This document shows, piece after piece, positions 51,424 to 61,010 of a stretch of 64,000 nt of DNA (its first letter is position 1; every line of letters starts with the position of its first letter). The stretch lies in the NCBI GenBank assembly GCA_963823555.1, contig CAWGMA010000001.1:1760001-1824000 (forward strand), in the 5' to 3' direction. The position numbers and the translations under genes were made by a program. Below the pieces are notes generated by a model. The model was given only the letters and a program-made list of their open reading frames with translations, searched no databases and was not told where the DNA came from. Origin of the DNA: Candidatus Eiseniibacteriota bacterium (lineage in GTDB: Bacteria; Eisenbacteria; RBG-16-71-46; CAVPCR01).

Positions 51424-52434
51424 CTAGCCCTGCCTCCAGACGACGATGAACCCGGTCACCGCGATGTTGAGGAGCGCGAGCGGCAACAGCACCTTCCAGC
51501 CGAACTGCATCAGCTGGTCATAGCGGAACCGCGGCAGGGTGCCGCGCACCCAGATGAAGACGAACAGGAGCACGACCACCTTGGCCAGGAACCAGAACGG
51601 TCCGAGCCAGGGCGAGTCGAGCCCGAAGGGACCCTGATACCCACCCAGGAAGAGCGTGGTCGCGATCGCCGCCACGGTGATGAGGGCGATGTACTCGGCC
51701 AGGAAGAAGAAGGCGAACTTGAAACCCGAGTACTCGACATGATAGCCGGCAACCAGCTCGGCCTCGGCCTCGGGGAGATCGAAGGGGATGCGATTGGTCT
51801 CGGCCAGCGCCGACACCAGGTAGATGACGAAGGCCAGCGGTTGCAGGAAGATGAACCACATGTCGCTCTGCGCCTCGACGATGCCGCGCATGCGCAGCGT
51901 GCCGGCGAGCATCAAGGGGCCGACGAGCGCGAGCCCCAGCGAGAGCTCGTAGCTGACCATCTGCGCCGAACTCCTGAGCCCCCCGAGAAGCGAGAACTTG
52001 TTGTTCGAGGCCCATCCGCCGAGGATGAGTCCATAGACCCCGAGCGAGGCGATGGCCAGAACATAGAGGATCCCGATGTTGAGATCGGCGATGTAGAAAT
52101 GGATGGTGTGGCCGAAGACGGTCACCGACTGCCCGAAGGGAATGACGGCGATCGCCGACAGGGCCGCGGCGACCGTGAGTCCCGGCGCCAGGGTGAACAG
52201 CGCCCGGTCGGCGCCGTCGGGGATCACGTCTTCCTTGAGGAAGAGCTTGAGCACGTCAGCGATCGGTTGCAGCAAGCCATGCGGTCCGACGTAGAGGGGC
52301 CCGCGGCGAATCTGGATGTGCGCGAGCACCTTGCGTTCGAGCCAGACCAGATAGGCCACCATCCCCAGGAGGACACCGAAGATGATCGCGACCTTGAGCG
52401 CGGTGGCGCCGAGCGTGCCGAGCACATCCATCAT
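51424..52434 (-). CDS. nuoH: NADH-quinone oxidoreductase subunit H
   Basis: ERK..Q.RRGP, QPIAD..K, AETNRIPFDLPEAE.ELV.G. Confidence 0.96.
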   Translation of the reverse strand: MMDVLGTLGATALKVAIIFGVLLGMVAYLVWLERKVLAHIQIRRGPLYVGPHGLLQPIADVLKLFLKEDVIPDGADRALFTLAPGLTVAAALSAIAVIPFGQSVTVFGHTIHFYIADLNIGILYVLAIASLGVYGLILGGWASNNKFSLLGGLRSSAQMVSYELSLGLALVGPLMLAGTLRMRGIVEAQSDMWFIFLQPLAFVIYLVSALAETNRIPFDLPEAEAELVAGYHVEYSGFKFAFFFLAEYIALITVAAIATTLFLGGYQGPFGLDSPWLGPFWFLAKVVVLLFVFIWVRGTLPRFRYDQLMQFGWKVLLPLALLNIAVTGFIVVWRQG

Positions 52435-52485
52435 GGTCCGAATTCCACCCTCGCCTCTCGCCCCCCGACCGAATCCCGGACTCGA

Positions 52486-52950
52486 CTACAAACCACCGAG
52501 GATCTCGTCGACTCTCTCGGGGGTCAGGTTCTCGTGGTAATCCTCGTTCAGCTGCATGACCGGCGCGGTGCCGCACGATCCCAGGCACTCGACGGCCATC
52601 AGGGTGAACTTGCCGTCCTTGGTCGTCTCCCCGATACCGATGCCGAGCTTGGCCTCCAGATGCCTGAGCAAGGGGTTCGCGCCCATGATGAAGCAGGAGA
52701 TCGACCGGCAGACCTGGATCAGGTACTTGCCCACCGGCCGCGTGTTGATCATGGTGTAGAAGGTCGCGACCTCCTCGACTTCCATGGGGTGCAGGTCGAA
52801 GGCCGTGGCGATGTCACGCATGGCCTCCCGATCGACGCACCCGCGCGACTCCTGCACGATGCGAAGCGCCGGAATGAGGGCGCTGCGCCGGACCGGGAAC
52901 TCAGCGGCTGCTCTCTCGATGGCGGCCTTCTCCGCCTCACGTAGTGCCAT
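52486..52950 (-). CDS. nuoE: NADH-quinone oxidoreductase subunit E ([2Fe-2S])
   Basis: VATFY, CRSISC, ECLGSCGTAP. Confidence 0.92.
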   Translation of the reverse strand: MALREAEKAAIERAAAEFPVRRSALIPALRIVQESRGCVDREAMRDIATAFDLHPMEVEEVATFYTMINTRPVGKYLIQVCRSISCFIMGANPLLRHLEAKLGIGIGETTKDGKFTLMAVECLGSCGTAPVMQLNEDYHENLTPERVDEILGGL

Positions 52951-52965
52951 CGCCTCCCCGCGTGA

Positions 52966-53325
52966 TCACGCCCGCCATTCGAGGACCCCACGCCGCCAGA
53001 TGTAGACGAGGCCGGCCACGAGGACCCCCAGGAACACCAGCATCTCGATCAGGCCGAACATGCCCAGTCGCTTGAAGACCACCGCCCATGGGTAGAGGAA
53101 GACGGCCTCGATGTCGAAGAGGATGAAGATCATGGCCACGACGTAGAACTTGACCGGGAAGCGGTCGCGGGCATCCCGGACCGGCGGGATGCCGCATTCG
53201 TAGGTCGTGGGGCGAGCCCCGGGCGGGTTGAGCAACGAGATGAAGCGAGCGAGCCAGATGGCACCGGCGGCGAAAGCGGCGGCGAACAGAAGCACGATGA
53301 CAACCGGAGTGTAGTCGTCGAGCAC
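52966..53325 (-). CDS. nuoA: NADH-quinone oxidoreductase subunit A
   Basis: YECG, FDIE.VFLYPWA. Confidence 0.95.
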   Translation of the reverse strand: MLDDYTPVVIVLLFAAAFAAGAIWLARFISLLNPPGARPTTYECGIPPVRDARDRFPVKFYVVAMIFILFDIEAVFLYPWAVVFKRLGMFGLIEMLVFLGVLVAGLVYIWRRGVLEWRA

Positions 53326-53407
53326 GATGGCGCCTCTTCCTGTCCGTCTCGTCTTGAACCGATGCCCGGCCGGCGCTGGTGAGCCGGCGGCCCGGGCCGT
53401 CGTCGCC

Positions 53408-53425
53408 TTGTGAAAAAAAACACAA
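53408..53425. promoter_or_regulatory. Rex-like operator
   Basis: TTGTG-A8-CACAA (18 bp) inside the palindrome GCCTTGTG..CACAAGGC, just downstream of the nuo promoter. Confidence 0.65.
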
Positions 53426-53433
53426 GGCTGGTG

Positions 53434-53462
53434 AAGCTAGCAGGGCGGCTTTCGGGTGTCAA
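53434..53462 (-). promoter_or_regulatory. Sigma70 promoter of the nuo operon
   Basis: TTGACA-N17-TAGCTT. Confidence 0.7.
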
Positions 53463-53592
53463 CCGCCGCCGGGATCCCTGCTCTCAACGGTGGCGCCACC
53501 TGTCACCCCGCCCCCTCCTGATGGGTCCTGAGCCCGAGCCGCACCTCCGGCCGGCCGCCTTGCGCGGCAGGTGAGGGGGCGTGCCGAGGCGT

Positions 53593-55491
53593 TCAGACGG
53601 CGCTCTCGACCTCGACGTCCGTGAAATTATCCATCAGGCGTTCGCTCCTCATCCTCTCGAGCGCGACCAGGAATCCGGCGAACGGAACGACGCGCTGATC
53701 GGCCTGGCGGGCATGTCGCCGCCAGGAAACGGCCTCGCTTTCCATCTCGCGGCCCCCGACCACCAGCACGTTCGGGATCTTCTCGATCGAGGCGGTCCGC
53801 ATGCGCTTGTTGAAGGATTCGGGGCCGGCATCCACCTCGGCCCGGAAGAGACGGGTTCGAAGCTCGGCGGCGAGCCGGTCAGCGTACTCATGGAAGGTCT
53901 GGGCCACGGGCAGGATGCGCACCTGGACCGGCGCCATCCAGGTCGGGAAAGCACCTCCGAAGTGCTCGACCAGGAAGGAGATCATCCGTTCGTGGGTGGA
54001 AAGCGGAGCGCGGTGAATGATGAGCGGTCGATGGAACGCTCCATCTTCACCCTTGTACTTCAGGTCGAACCGGGCGGCGACGCCGAAATCGAGCTGGTTG
54101 GTCGATGCGGTCTCTTCGCGCCCGACGACGTTCCGAATCTGATAGTCCACCTTGGGCCCGTAGAAGGCCGCCTCACCCGGCGCCTCCTCGTAGCGCTCAC
54201 CGAACTCCCCCAGCGCCTCGCGCACGGCGCGTTCGGCCATCTCCCAGCCTTGAGGATCGTCGAGGAACTTGGCGGCGAGCTGCACCGGATCATGCAGCGA
54301 GAGTCGCATCCAGTACTCGGCGATGCGAAAGTGCCGGTAGTAGAATCGGCACAGATCGAGCACATCGAGGAACTCCCGGCGCGCCTGGTCCGGGCGGCAG
54401 TAGATGTGGGCGTCGTTCATTGCCAGCCCGCGCACGCGCAGGAGACCGGCCAGGGTTCCCGAGAGCTCGTAACGATACACGGTCCCGTACTCGGCCAGAC
54501 GCAGCGGCAAATCGCGGTAACTCCGCGGCTGCGCCCGGTAGAGAATGTGGTGGTGCGGGCAGTTCATGGGCTTCAAGTAGTAGGGCGGCTCCCCCGCCAG
54601 CTCCATCGGCGGGTACATGCTCGCCTCGTACAGGGGCAGGTGTCCCGAAGTCATGTAGAGCCCCTGGCGTGCCAGATGCGGCGTATGGACCCGCAGGTAG
54701 CCGCGCCGGAACTCGGTCTCGATCGCGAAACGCTCGAGCTCGTCGCGGAGCACCGCTCCGTTCGGGAGCCACATGATGAGCCCCGGCCCGATGTCCTCGG
54801 AGATCGTGTACAGGCCGAGCTCGCGCCCCAGCTTGCGATGGTCGCGTTCGGCCGCCAGCCGCCGCTGCTCGACGAAATCGGCCAGCCCCTGCTTCGACTT
54901 GAAAGCGAGTCCGTAGATGCGAGTGAGCATCGGCCGCTGCTCGTCGCCCCGCCAGTAGGCGCCAGCGATGGAGTCGAGGGCGAAGCAGTCGGCGGGAATG
55001 CGATCAGTGGCCTCGACATGAGGCCCCTCGCACATGTCCTCGAAGGGTCCGTTCTTGAAGAAGGTGATCTCGCTCACTCCCTGAGCGCCGAGATCTCGCG
55101 CGTACTCGGCCTTGAGCGGCTGACCGATCGCTTCCAGGTGCGCGACGGCGTCGGCAACGGAGAGCGCTCTGAGCTCGAAGGACTGCCGGGCCTTGATGAT
55201 CTCCCGCATCCGCTTCTGGATCTCGGGCAGATCCTCCGGGGCCAGCGGCTCATCCAGGAGGAAGTCGTAGTAAAAGCCGTGCTCGGTGGGGGGCCCGAAA
55301 CCGAGTCGGGCCCCGGGGCGGACCTCGAGCACCGCCTGGGCCATGATATGGGCCAGCGAGTGCCGGCGCCGGTAGAGAGGATCATCCTCGTGGCCGGATC
55401 CCGAGTGATCGCGGTCCAGACCCGCATGGATCTCGGGAGCCTCCTGGCCCCCTTCCGGGTCCTGCGGTGGGGATTGAGAAGAAGAAGACAT
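53593..55491 (-). CDS. thrS: Threonine--tRNA ligase (no N-terminal TGS domain)
   Basis: RHSLAH, GFYYDF, DMCEGPH, GAYWRGD, RDHRKLG, KPMNCP.H, FYGPK. Confidence 0.96.
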   Translation of the reverse strand: MSSSSQSPPQDPEGGQEAPEIHAGLDRDHSGSGHEDDPLYRRRHSLAHIMAQAVLEVRPGARLGFGPPTEHGFYYDFLLDEPLAPEDLPEIQKRMREIIKARQSFELRALSVADAVAHLEAIGQPLKAEYARDLGAQGVSEITFFKNGPFEDMCEGPHVEATDRIPADCFALDSIAGAYWRGDEQRPMLTRIYGLAFKSKQGLADFVEQRRLAAERDHRKLGRELGLYTISEDIGPGLIMWLPNGAVLRDELERFAIETEFRRGYLRVHTPHLARQGLYMTSGHLPLYEASMYPPMELAGEPPYYLKPMNCPHHHILYRAQPRSYRDLPLRLAEYGTVYRYELSGTLAGLLRVRGLAMNDAHIYCRPDQARREFLDVLDLCRFYYRHFRIAEYWMRLSLHDPVQLAAKFLDDPQGWEMAERAVREALGEFGERYEEAPGEAAFYGPKVDYQIRNVVGREETASTNQLDFGVAARFDLKYKGEDGAFHRPLIIHRAPLSTHERMISFLVEHFGGAFPTWMAPVQVRILPVAQTFHEYADRLAAELRTRLFRAEVDAGPESFNKRMRTASIEKIPNVLVVGGREMESEAVSWRRHARQADQRVVPFAGFLVALERMRSERLMDNFTDVEVESAV

Positions 55492-55594
55492 CGCCTCACT
55501 CCGAAGATTCTTCCCGACCGCGAACGGCGCGGCGAGGACCGGCTCCCGCCAGGGAAGCCTGAACAGAACTCGAACCGAACTACTGAAGTCGTTG

Positions 55595-55623
55595 AGCCTA
55601 GGTTAGATGCGAGGGACGGTCAA
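55595..55623 (-). promoter_or_regulatory. Sigma70 promoter of thrS
   Basis: TTGACC-N17-TAGGCT. Confidence 0.6.
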
Positions 55624-55690
55624 GCAGGGGACCTGAGCGCTGAGATGGCTGCTCGCTCGGCGGCCCCCGACCCGGCGTGGGCGTGTCGAG

Positions 55691-55776
55691 TGCCGGGGGT
55701 CGGACTCGAACCGACACGGATCGCTAAGATCCAGCGGATTTTAAGTCCGCCGTGGCTGCCATTTCACCACCCCGGC
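55691..55776 (-). tRNA. tRNA-Leu(TAA), CCA not encoded
   Basis: GCCGGGGTGGTGAAATGGCAGCCACGGCGGACT-TAA-AATCCGC, long variable arm, GTTCGAGTCCGACCCCCGGCA. Confidence 0.93.
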
Positions 55777-55830
55777 ACCAAGAGAATCATGAACAGGCGC
55801 CTGCAAGCAGGATCAGGCTCTCCCCGCCGC

Positions 55831-58011
55831 TCACCCCTGCCGCAGATCTTCCGCCCGGATCGGTAACCGGCGCAGGCGCTTCCTAGTCGCGGCGAACACC
55901 GCGTTGGCCACCGCCGGCGCCACGGGCGGTACCCCCGGCTCCCCGATGCCCCCCAGCTCGCCCCCGCTCGGAGCCAGGTGAACCTCGATCCGCGGGGTCT
56001 CGTCCAGCGTCAGGATGGCATAGTCGTCGAAGTTCTGTTCGACGACACGGCCCTTCTCGATCGTGATCTCACCTTTCAACGCCGCGGACAGCCCGAAGAC
56101 GACGCCACTCTCCATTTGCGCCACGATGGTATCGGGATGGATGACCCGACCGCAATCGACCGCACAGACCATGCGTTCGACGCGGACCTGACCTTCGCGC
56201 ACGACGACCTCGGCCACCATCGCCACGATCGATCCGAAGCACTCGTGGATGGCCACCCCCCGCCCACGCCCGGGCGGGAGCGGTGAATCCCATCCGGATT
56301 TCTCCGCCACGAGGTCGAGCAAGGCTCTGTGTCGCGGCGCGTCGCCGAGCAGACCGCGCCGGAAATCGATCGGATCGCGCTTCGCCGCCGCCGCCACCTC
56401 ATCGAGGAAGCACTCCGTGACAAAGGCGTTTTGCGAGCTTCCCACCGAGCGCCACCATCCCACCGGAATGCCCGGATCGTAGCGCGTGTAGCGCACGTCG
56501 ACATGCGGGATCGCATAGGGCAAGTGCCAGGCCCCCTCGAGCGAGGTGGCGTCGATGCCGTCCTTGACGGCATCGGGAGCGACCCGGCCGAGGATGCTCG
56601 GACCGATGGCGTGATGACTCCAGGCGACCAGAGAGCCGGTCAAGTCGATTCCGGCGCGCATGACGTTGTAGGTGGCCGGCCGGTAGTAATCGTGTCGCAT
56701 GTCGTCTTCACGCGACCACGCGACCTGGACCGGAGCCCCCACCGCCTTCGACAGCTCGACGGCCTCGATCACCACGTCCATCTCCGCGCGGCGTCCGAAG
56801 CCACCTCCCAGGTAGGTCGTGTGGACGACCACCGCGCTGGGATCGAGCCCCAGGATCTCGGCCGCCGTCGCCTGGGCCGCGGTCGCATTCTGTGTGGGCA
56901 CCCAGAGCTCGCAGCGGTCGGCGGTCACGTGGGCCGTGGCGTTCATCGGCTCCATCGTGGCATGGGCGAGGAAGGGCACCTCATAGTAGGCGATCATCGT
57001 GCTTGCCGCCTTGCTGAGCCCCAACGCGCCCTCCCCCCGCTTCTCCCCGACCACCCCCGATTGGAGCCCGATCTGGGCCATCTTGCCGCGGATCGACCCC
57101 GTGTCGATGACCGCGACCGGGCCCTCGTCCCACTCGATCCCGAGCGCCTCGCGGCCCCGCCATGCGGCCCACGCGCTGTCGGCGACGACCCCCACTCCCC
57201 CCGAGATCGACTCCACGCGGCGGACGCCGGGAATCTTGCGGGCCGCGGCGGAGTCGAAGCTCACCACGCGGCCACCGAAGACTGGTGAATGCGTCACGCT
57301 CGCGATGAGCATCCCCGGAACGCGGACATCGAGACCGAAGACCGCGCTGCCATCCACCTTGCTCTGCGCATCGAGGCGCTCGACGGAGGTGCCAAGGAGC
57401 TTCCAGTCCTTCGGGTCCTTGATGGGGGGATCCTCGGGCAACGGGAGCCCCTGGGCCTTCTCGGCGAGCTCGCCGTAGGCGAGGCGGCGCCCACTCGCGG
57501 GATGCAGGACCGCCCCGGAGGCCGCGAGGCAGCTCGCCGGTTCGACTCCCCAGGACGCGGCGGCGGCGGCGATGAGCATCTCGCGGGCCTGTGCCCCCGC
57601 CTTCCGCAGCGGACCGAAGGAGGTGCGAATGCTGCGACTCCCACCCGTCGACATGTTGCCGTAGATCGGCGCCGGGATTGCTTGCTCGAAGCGGACATCC
57701 TGCCATCTCACCTCGAGTTCTTCGGCGACCAGCATCGGCAACGAAGTCCGCACACCCTGGCCCATCTCCGAGCGCGCCACCCAGATCGTGACCTGACCTC
57801 CCGGAGCGATGCTGAGCCAGGCATTGGGCGCGAAGGAGTCGGCCGCCAGCTGAGCTGCGCTCTCGCCGGCTTCCGGCAGGTGGAACCCGATGACGAGACC
57901 AGCCCCGGCCACCACACCGGTCTTGACGAACTGGCGACGGGAGATCTGCATCGCAACGCTCTTACCGGTCCTGATCTGCTTCCGTGACCCTCGATCCCGT
58001 GTTGCGGTCAT
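55831..58011 (-). CDS. Xanthine dehydrogenase-family molybdopterin subunit (IorB-like) with Tat motif
   Basis: [41 protein letters not shown]. Confidence 0.92.
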   Translation of the reverse strand: MTATRDRGSRKQIRTGKSVAMQISRRQFVKTGVVAGAGLVIGFHLPEAGESAAQLAADSFAPNAWLSIAPGGQVTIWVARSEMGQGVRTSLPMLVAEELEVRWQDVRFEQAIPAPIYGNMSTGGSRSIRTSFGPLRKAGAQAREMLIAAAAASWGVEPASCLAASGAVLHPASGRRLAYGELAEKAQGLPLPEDPPIKDPKDWKLLGTSVERLDAQSKVDGSAVFGLDVRVPGMLIASVTHSPVFGGRVVSFDSAAARKIPGVRRVESISGGVGVVADSAWAAWRGREALGIEWDEGPVAVIDTGSIRGKMAQIGLQSGVVGEKRGEGALGLSKAASTMIAYYEVPFLAHATMEPMNATAHVTADRCELWVPTQNATAAQATAAEILGLDPSAVVVHTTYLGGGFGRRAEMDVVIEAVELSKAVGAPVQVAWSREDDMRHDYYRPATYNVMRAGIDLTGSLVAWSHHAIGPSILGRVAPDAVKDGIDATSLEGAWHLPYAIPHVDVRYTRYDPGIPVGWWRSVGSSQNAFVTECFLDEVAAAAKRDPIDFRRGLLGDAPRHRALLDLVAEKSGWDSPLPPGRGRGVAIHECFGSIVAMVAEVVVREGQVRVERMVCAVDCGRVIHPDTIVAQMESGVVFGLSAALKGEITIEKGRVVEQNFDDYAILTLDETPRIEVHLAPSGGELGGIGEPGVPPVAPAVANAVFAATRKRLRRLPIRAEDLRQG

Positions 58012-58469
58012 CGCGACTCACCTCCCTTCGCCGCCCGGTGAATCGCCCGCCGGATCCGCGTGTAGGTCCCGCATCGGCACAGTACGTCGCCCATGACACG
58101 ATCGATATCGGCATCGTTAGGCGCGGGATTCGCGGCCAGGAGCGCCACCGCCGTCATGATCTGCCCGGACTGGCAGTAGCCGCACTGCGGCACCTGCTCG
58201 GCCACCCAGGCATCCTGCACCCGGTGCCGGCCACCCAGACCTTCGATCGTCACGATGCGAGCTGTCCTCACTTCGGCCACGGTCGTCACGCATGAGCGCG
58301 TCGCCTCGCCGTCGACGTGCACCGTGCACGACCCGCACAGACCCCTCCCGCAACCGTACTTGGTTCCAGTGAGATCGAGATGATCACGGAGTGCCCACAG
58401 CAGCGGCAGCTCGGGATCCGCCTCGAGCTTGTACTCCCTGCCGTTGACGTTCAGCTTGAACGTGCTCAT
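58008..58469 (-). CDS. [2Fe-2S] small subunit (IorA-like)
   Basis: [31 protein letters not shown]. Confidence 0.93.
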   Translation of the reverse strand: MSTFKLNVNGREYKLEADPELPLLWALRDHLDLTGTKYGCGRGLCGSCTVHVDGEATRSCVTTVAEVRTARIVTIEGLGGRHRVQDAWVAEQVPQCGYCQSGQIMTAVALLAANPAPNDADIDRVMGDVLCRCGTYTRIRRAIHRAAKGGESR

Positions 58470-58562
58470 CGTCACCTCCCCCGGGCGCCGTGAGACGACC
58501 TCAGCACCCGCTGAAGCCGCCAGTCTAGCACCCAGGCGAGAAGGCCGCTCGGCGGGGGTGAG

Positions 58563-60419
58563 CTATCTTTCGCCCTTCGACGCGGCCTCGGCTTGGATGG
58601 CCTCCATCGCGGCCGCGACCGGCGGGCTACCGGGCGGGCAGAGGAAGATCACTCGATCTCCACGCTGCCAGATCTGGTCGGCGTGGACCACGTCGGCGCT
58701 CGAATCTCGCAGCCGCACCAGCGGGAGCGCGTCCAGGGGACACGGCACGCCAGCCGCCTCGGTCGCGCGCCACGCTGCCGGCACTTGCCACTCCTCGGTC
58801 CTCATGTGCTCATCCGCCAGGCGATCCCAGTGCGCCACATCGATCGGCCGCCCGAAGGCCAGATTGCCGCCGCTCGACTTGAGGAGGCGCGGGCCCGCAC
58901 CGCGCTCCGGACTATCGAGTGCGGGGTACGCTCGACCCACGCCGAACAGATCCCGGGCCAGCTGCGCGGCCAGCACATTCACCTCCGAGTTCGAGGTCAC
59001 TCCCACCAGGGTCTCGGCCTCGTCGGTCCTCGCCTGATCAAGCGTGTCCTCGTCGAGCGCATTGCCCAGGACCACGTCGAACCCGGCCCGCCGCGCCTCT
59101 TCCACAAACACTGGATTGCGATCGATCAGCACCACGGGCCGCTGGTTGGCCTTGAGTATCCCAGCGATCGAGCGGCCCAGCGGGCCCGCACCGACGACCA
59201 CGGCCCGCCGCCGCTCCATGCTGTGAATGCCGAGCGCCCGCGCCAGGAGAGGAGCAGTGAGACCCTGGATGGTCACCGTCATGGCGACCGCGAGGAAGGT
59301 GAGCGCCAGCAATCGCTCGCCGCCAGCGTAGCCGTCCTCCGCCATGGTCAACGCGAAGAGCGAAGCCACCGAGGCGGCCACGATCCCGCGCGGACCGATC
59401 CAGGAGATGAAGGCTCTCTCCCGGCCGCTGAGATCGGCTCCCCGTGTCGACAGAAAGACCGAGATCGGCCGCACGACGAGCATCATCATGAGCACCGTGG
59501 CCACGCCGCGCAGTCCCTCGCTCGCCACGGCCTCGAGACGGAGATTGGCCGCCAGGAGAATGAAGAGAACACTGATCGAGAGCACGGTCAGGTTCTCCTT
59601 GAAGCGGCGCAGTTGCCGCTCGCCGGGCACCGCGCCACGCTGCAGGACCAGGCCCAAGACCACGGAGGACATGAGCCCCGCCTCGCTCTGCAGGGACTCG
59701 GCGATGCCGAACGTGACCCAGACCCCGGCCAGCGCCACCAGGTTGGCGAGCTCCGCCGGCACGAATCTGCGCGCGCGCATGAGCAACGTGAGCAGGATGC
59801 CACCGACGACGCCGACGGCGGCGCCGACGAGGATCCGCCCGCCATACCCCCAGACAGCGGTTTCCAGGCCGGCGGACCGGTCTCTCATCCCCATCACCAG
59901 ATCGAGCACGGAAACCGCAAGAATGGCGCCGATCGGATCGGTGAGGATGGCCTCACCCTCGAGGATGGCCTTGATCTTCCGCGGGACATGGATGCGCTTG
60001 AGGAGGGGATGGACGACGGTCGGCCCCGTCACCGTCATCAGGGAGCCGAAGGTCAAGGCCACGGGCCAGCTCAAATGGGCGACGAAATGCGCCAGCAGGC
60101 TCGTCAGGATCCAGGTCACGAGGACACCGATCGTGACCAGATTGCGCACCGGACCTGCGGTGCGCTTGAGATCGCCGAGCCGGAGATTGAGCGCACCCTC
60201 GAAGAGAATGATGGAGACGGCGAGCTTGATGAGGATGGCCAGGCCGTCACCCAGCTCCGCGGGCCTCACCCAATCGAGCCCATCGGGACCGAGCGCGATC
60301 CCGAGGAAGAGCAGGAGCACGATCGAGGGCACCTGCCACCGATGGGCGAGCACCTGCCCCAGGAGTCCGGCTCCGACCGCCCAGACGATCGCGATCAGGG
60401 GACCGAGATGGTGTTCCAT
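58563..60419 (-). CDS. CPA1 (NhaP-like) cation:proton antiporter with TrkA-N/RCK domain
   Basis: ILFEGAL, TGPTV, EAILTDPIGA, GPRGIVAAS, VVVGAG.LG. Confidence 0.9.
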   Translation of the reverse strand: MEHHLGPLIAIVWAVGAGLLGQVLAHRWQVPSIVLLLFLGIALGPDGLDWVRPAELGDGLAILIKLAVSIILFEGALNLRLGDLKRTAGPVRNLVTIGVLVTWILTSLLAHFVAHLSWPVALTFGSLMTVTGPTVVHPLLKRIHVPRKIKAILEGEAILTDPIGAILAVSVLDLVMGMRDRSAGLETAVWGYGGRILVGAAVGVVGGILLTLLMRARRFVPAELANLVALAGVWVTFGIAESLQSEAGLMSSVVLGLVLQRGAVPGERQLRRFKENLTVLSISVLFILLAANLRLEAVASEGLRGVATVLMMMLVVRPISVFLSTRGADLSGRERAFISWIGPRGIVAASVASLFALTMAEDGYAGGERLLALTFLAVAMTVTIQGLTAPLLARALGIHSMERRRAVVVGAGPLGRSIAGILKANQRPVVLIDRNPVFVEEARRAGFDVVLGNALDEDTLDQARTDEAETLVGVTSNSEVNVLAAQLARDLFGVGRAYPALDSPERGAGPRLLKSSGGNLAFGRPIDVAHWDRLADEHMRTEEWQVPAAWRATEAAGVPCPLDALPLVRLRDSSADVVHADQIWQRGDRVIFLCPPGSPPVAAAMEAIQAEAASKGER

Positions 60420-60581
60420 GGACCCTCCACAGCGCGGTCATGCAGCCGCGATTCGCGAAGGGTGATGATGGACAGAGCGATTGTCAATCGCCGGGATGTT
60501 GCTTCGCCCCCGCGGGGACGGTCCGCGCCGGGTCGTCCGGCGCGAGCGGAGTCAGCGAGGAGGACTCCGAGGGAGGAGGGA

Positions 60582-60656
60582 TGGAGGCGGCAACCGGATT
60601 CGAACCGGTGCATAACGGTTTTGCAGACCGTTGCCTTACCACTTGGCTATGCCGCC
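60582..60656 (-). tRNA. tRNA-Cys(GCA)
   Basis: GGCGGCATAGCCAAGTGGTAAGGCAACGGTCT-GCA-AAACCGTT..GGTTCGAATCCGGTTGCCGCCTCCA. Confidence 0.96.
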
Positions 60657-60729
60657 CCGCAAGATATCGAGCTTGAAGATAGCAGACCCAGACCCCGTCC
60701 CGTCAAGGCCGCGGCCGGAGCGAGGGCGA

Positions 60730-60930
60730 TCAGTCCTCGTGCTCGGCAGGACGCAGGCGCTCGGCGCCGGGCAGGGTGCCGATCAAGCGCGCCGGATCGT
60801 GAATCAGGATCGGCAGGTGCTCGGGGCAGATCCAGTAGCTTCCGGCGAGGTACTCGAGCCGGATGAGCGGGGTCTCCTGCGGCGTGCGGCCACACTCGAG
60901 GCAACGTGATTGGGCATTGGAGCTGGACAT
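60730..60930 (-). CDS. Small CxxC/CxxH putative zinc-binding protein (66 aa)
   Basis: CLEC...ICPEHLPILIH; TATGCT 6 nt before the ATG. Confidence 0.65.
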   Translation of the reverse strand: MSSSNAQSRCLECGRTPQETPLIRLEYLAGSYWICPEHLPILIHDPARLIGTLPGAERLRPAEHED

Positions 60931-61010
60931 GAGCCGAGCATAGAGGATCGGCCGCCTCAAGTCATCGGCCCAAACTGCCGTGGGCGCGCTGTCACTGGCC
61001 CCGGCACCCC

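Noticed and set aside
55492..55690. T-box riboswitch upstream of thrS
   Set aside because: No T-box consensus or terminator/antiterminator was seen, and a sigma70 promoter leaves only a ~100-nt leader.
55691..60656. Genomic island between tRNA-Leu and tRNA-Cys
   Set aside because: No integrase, no att duplication and no obvious compositional shift.
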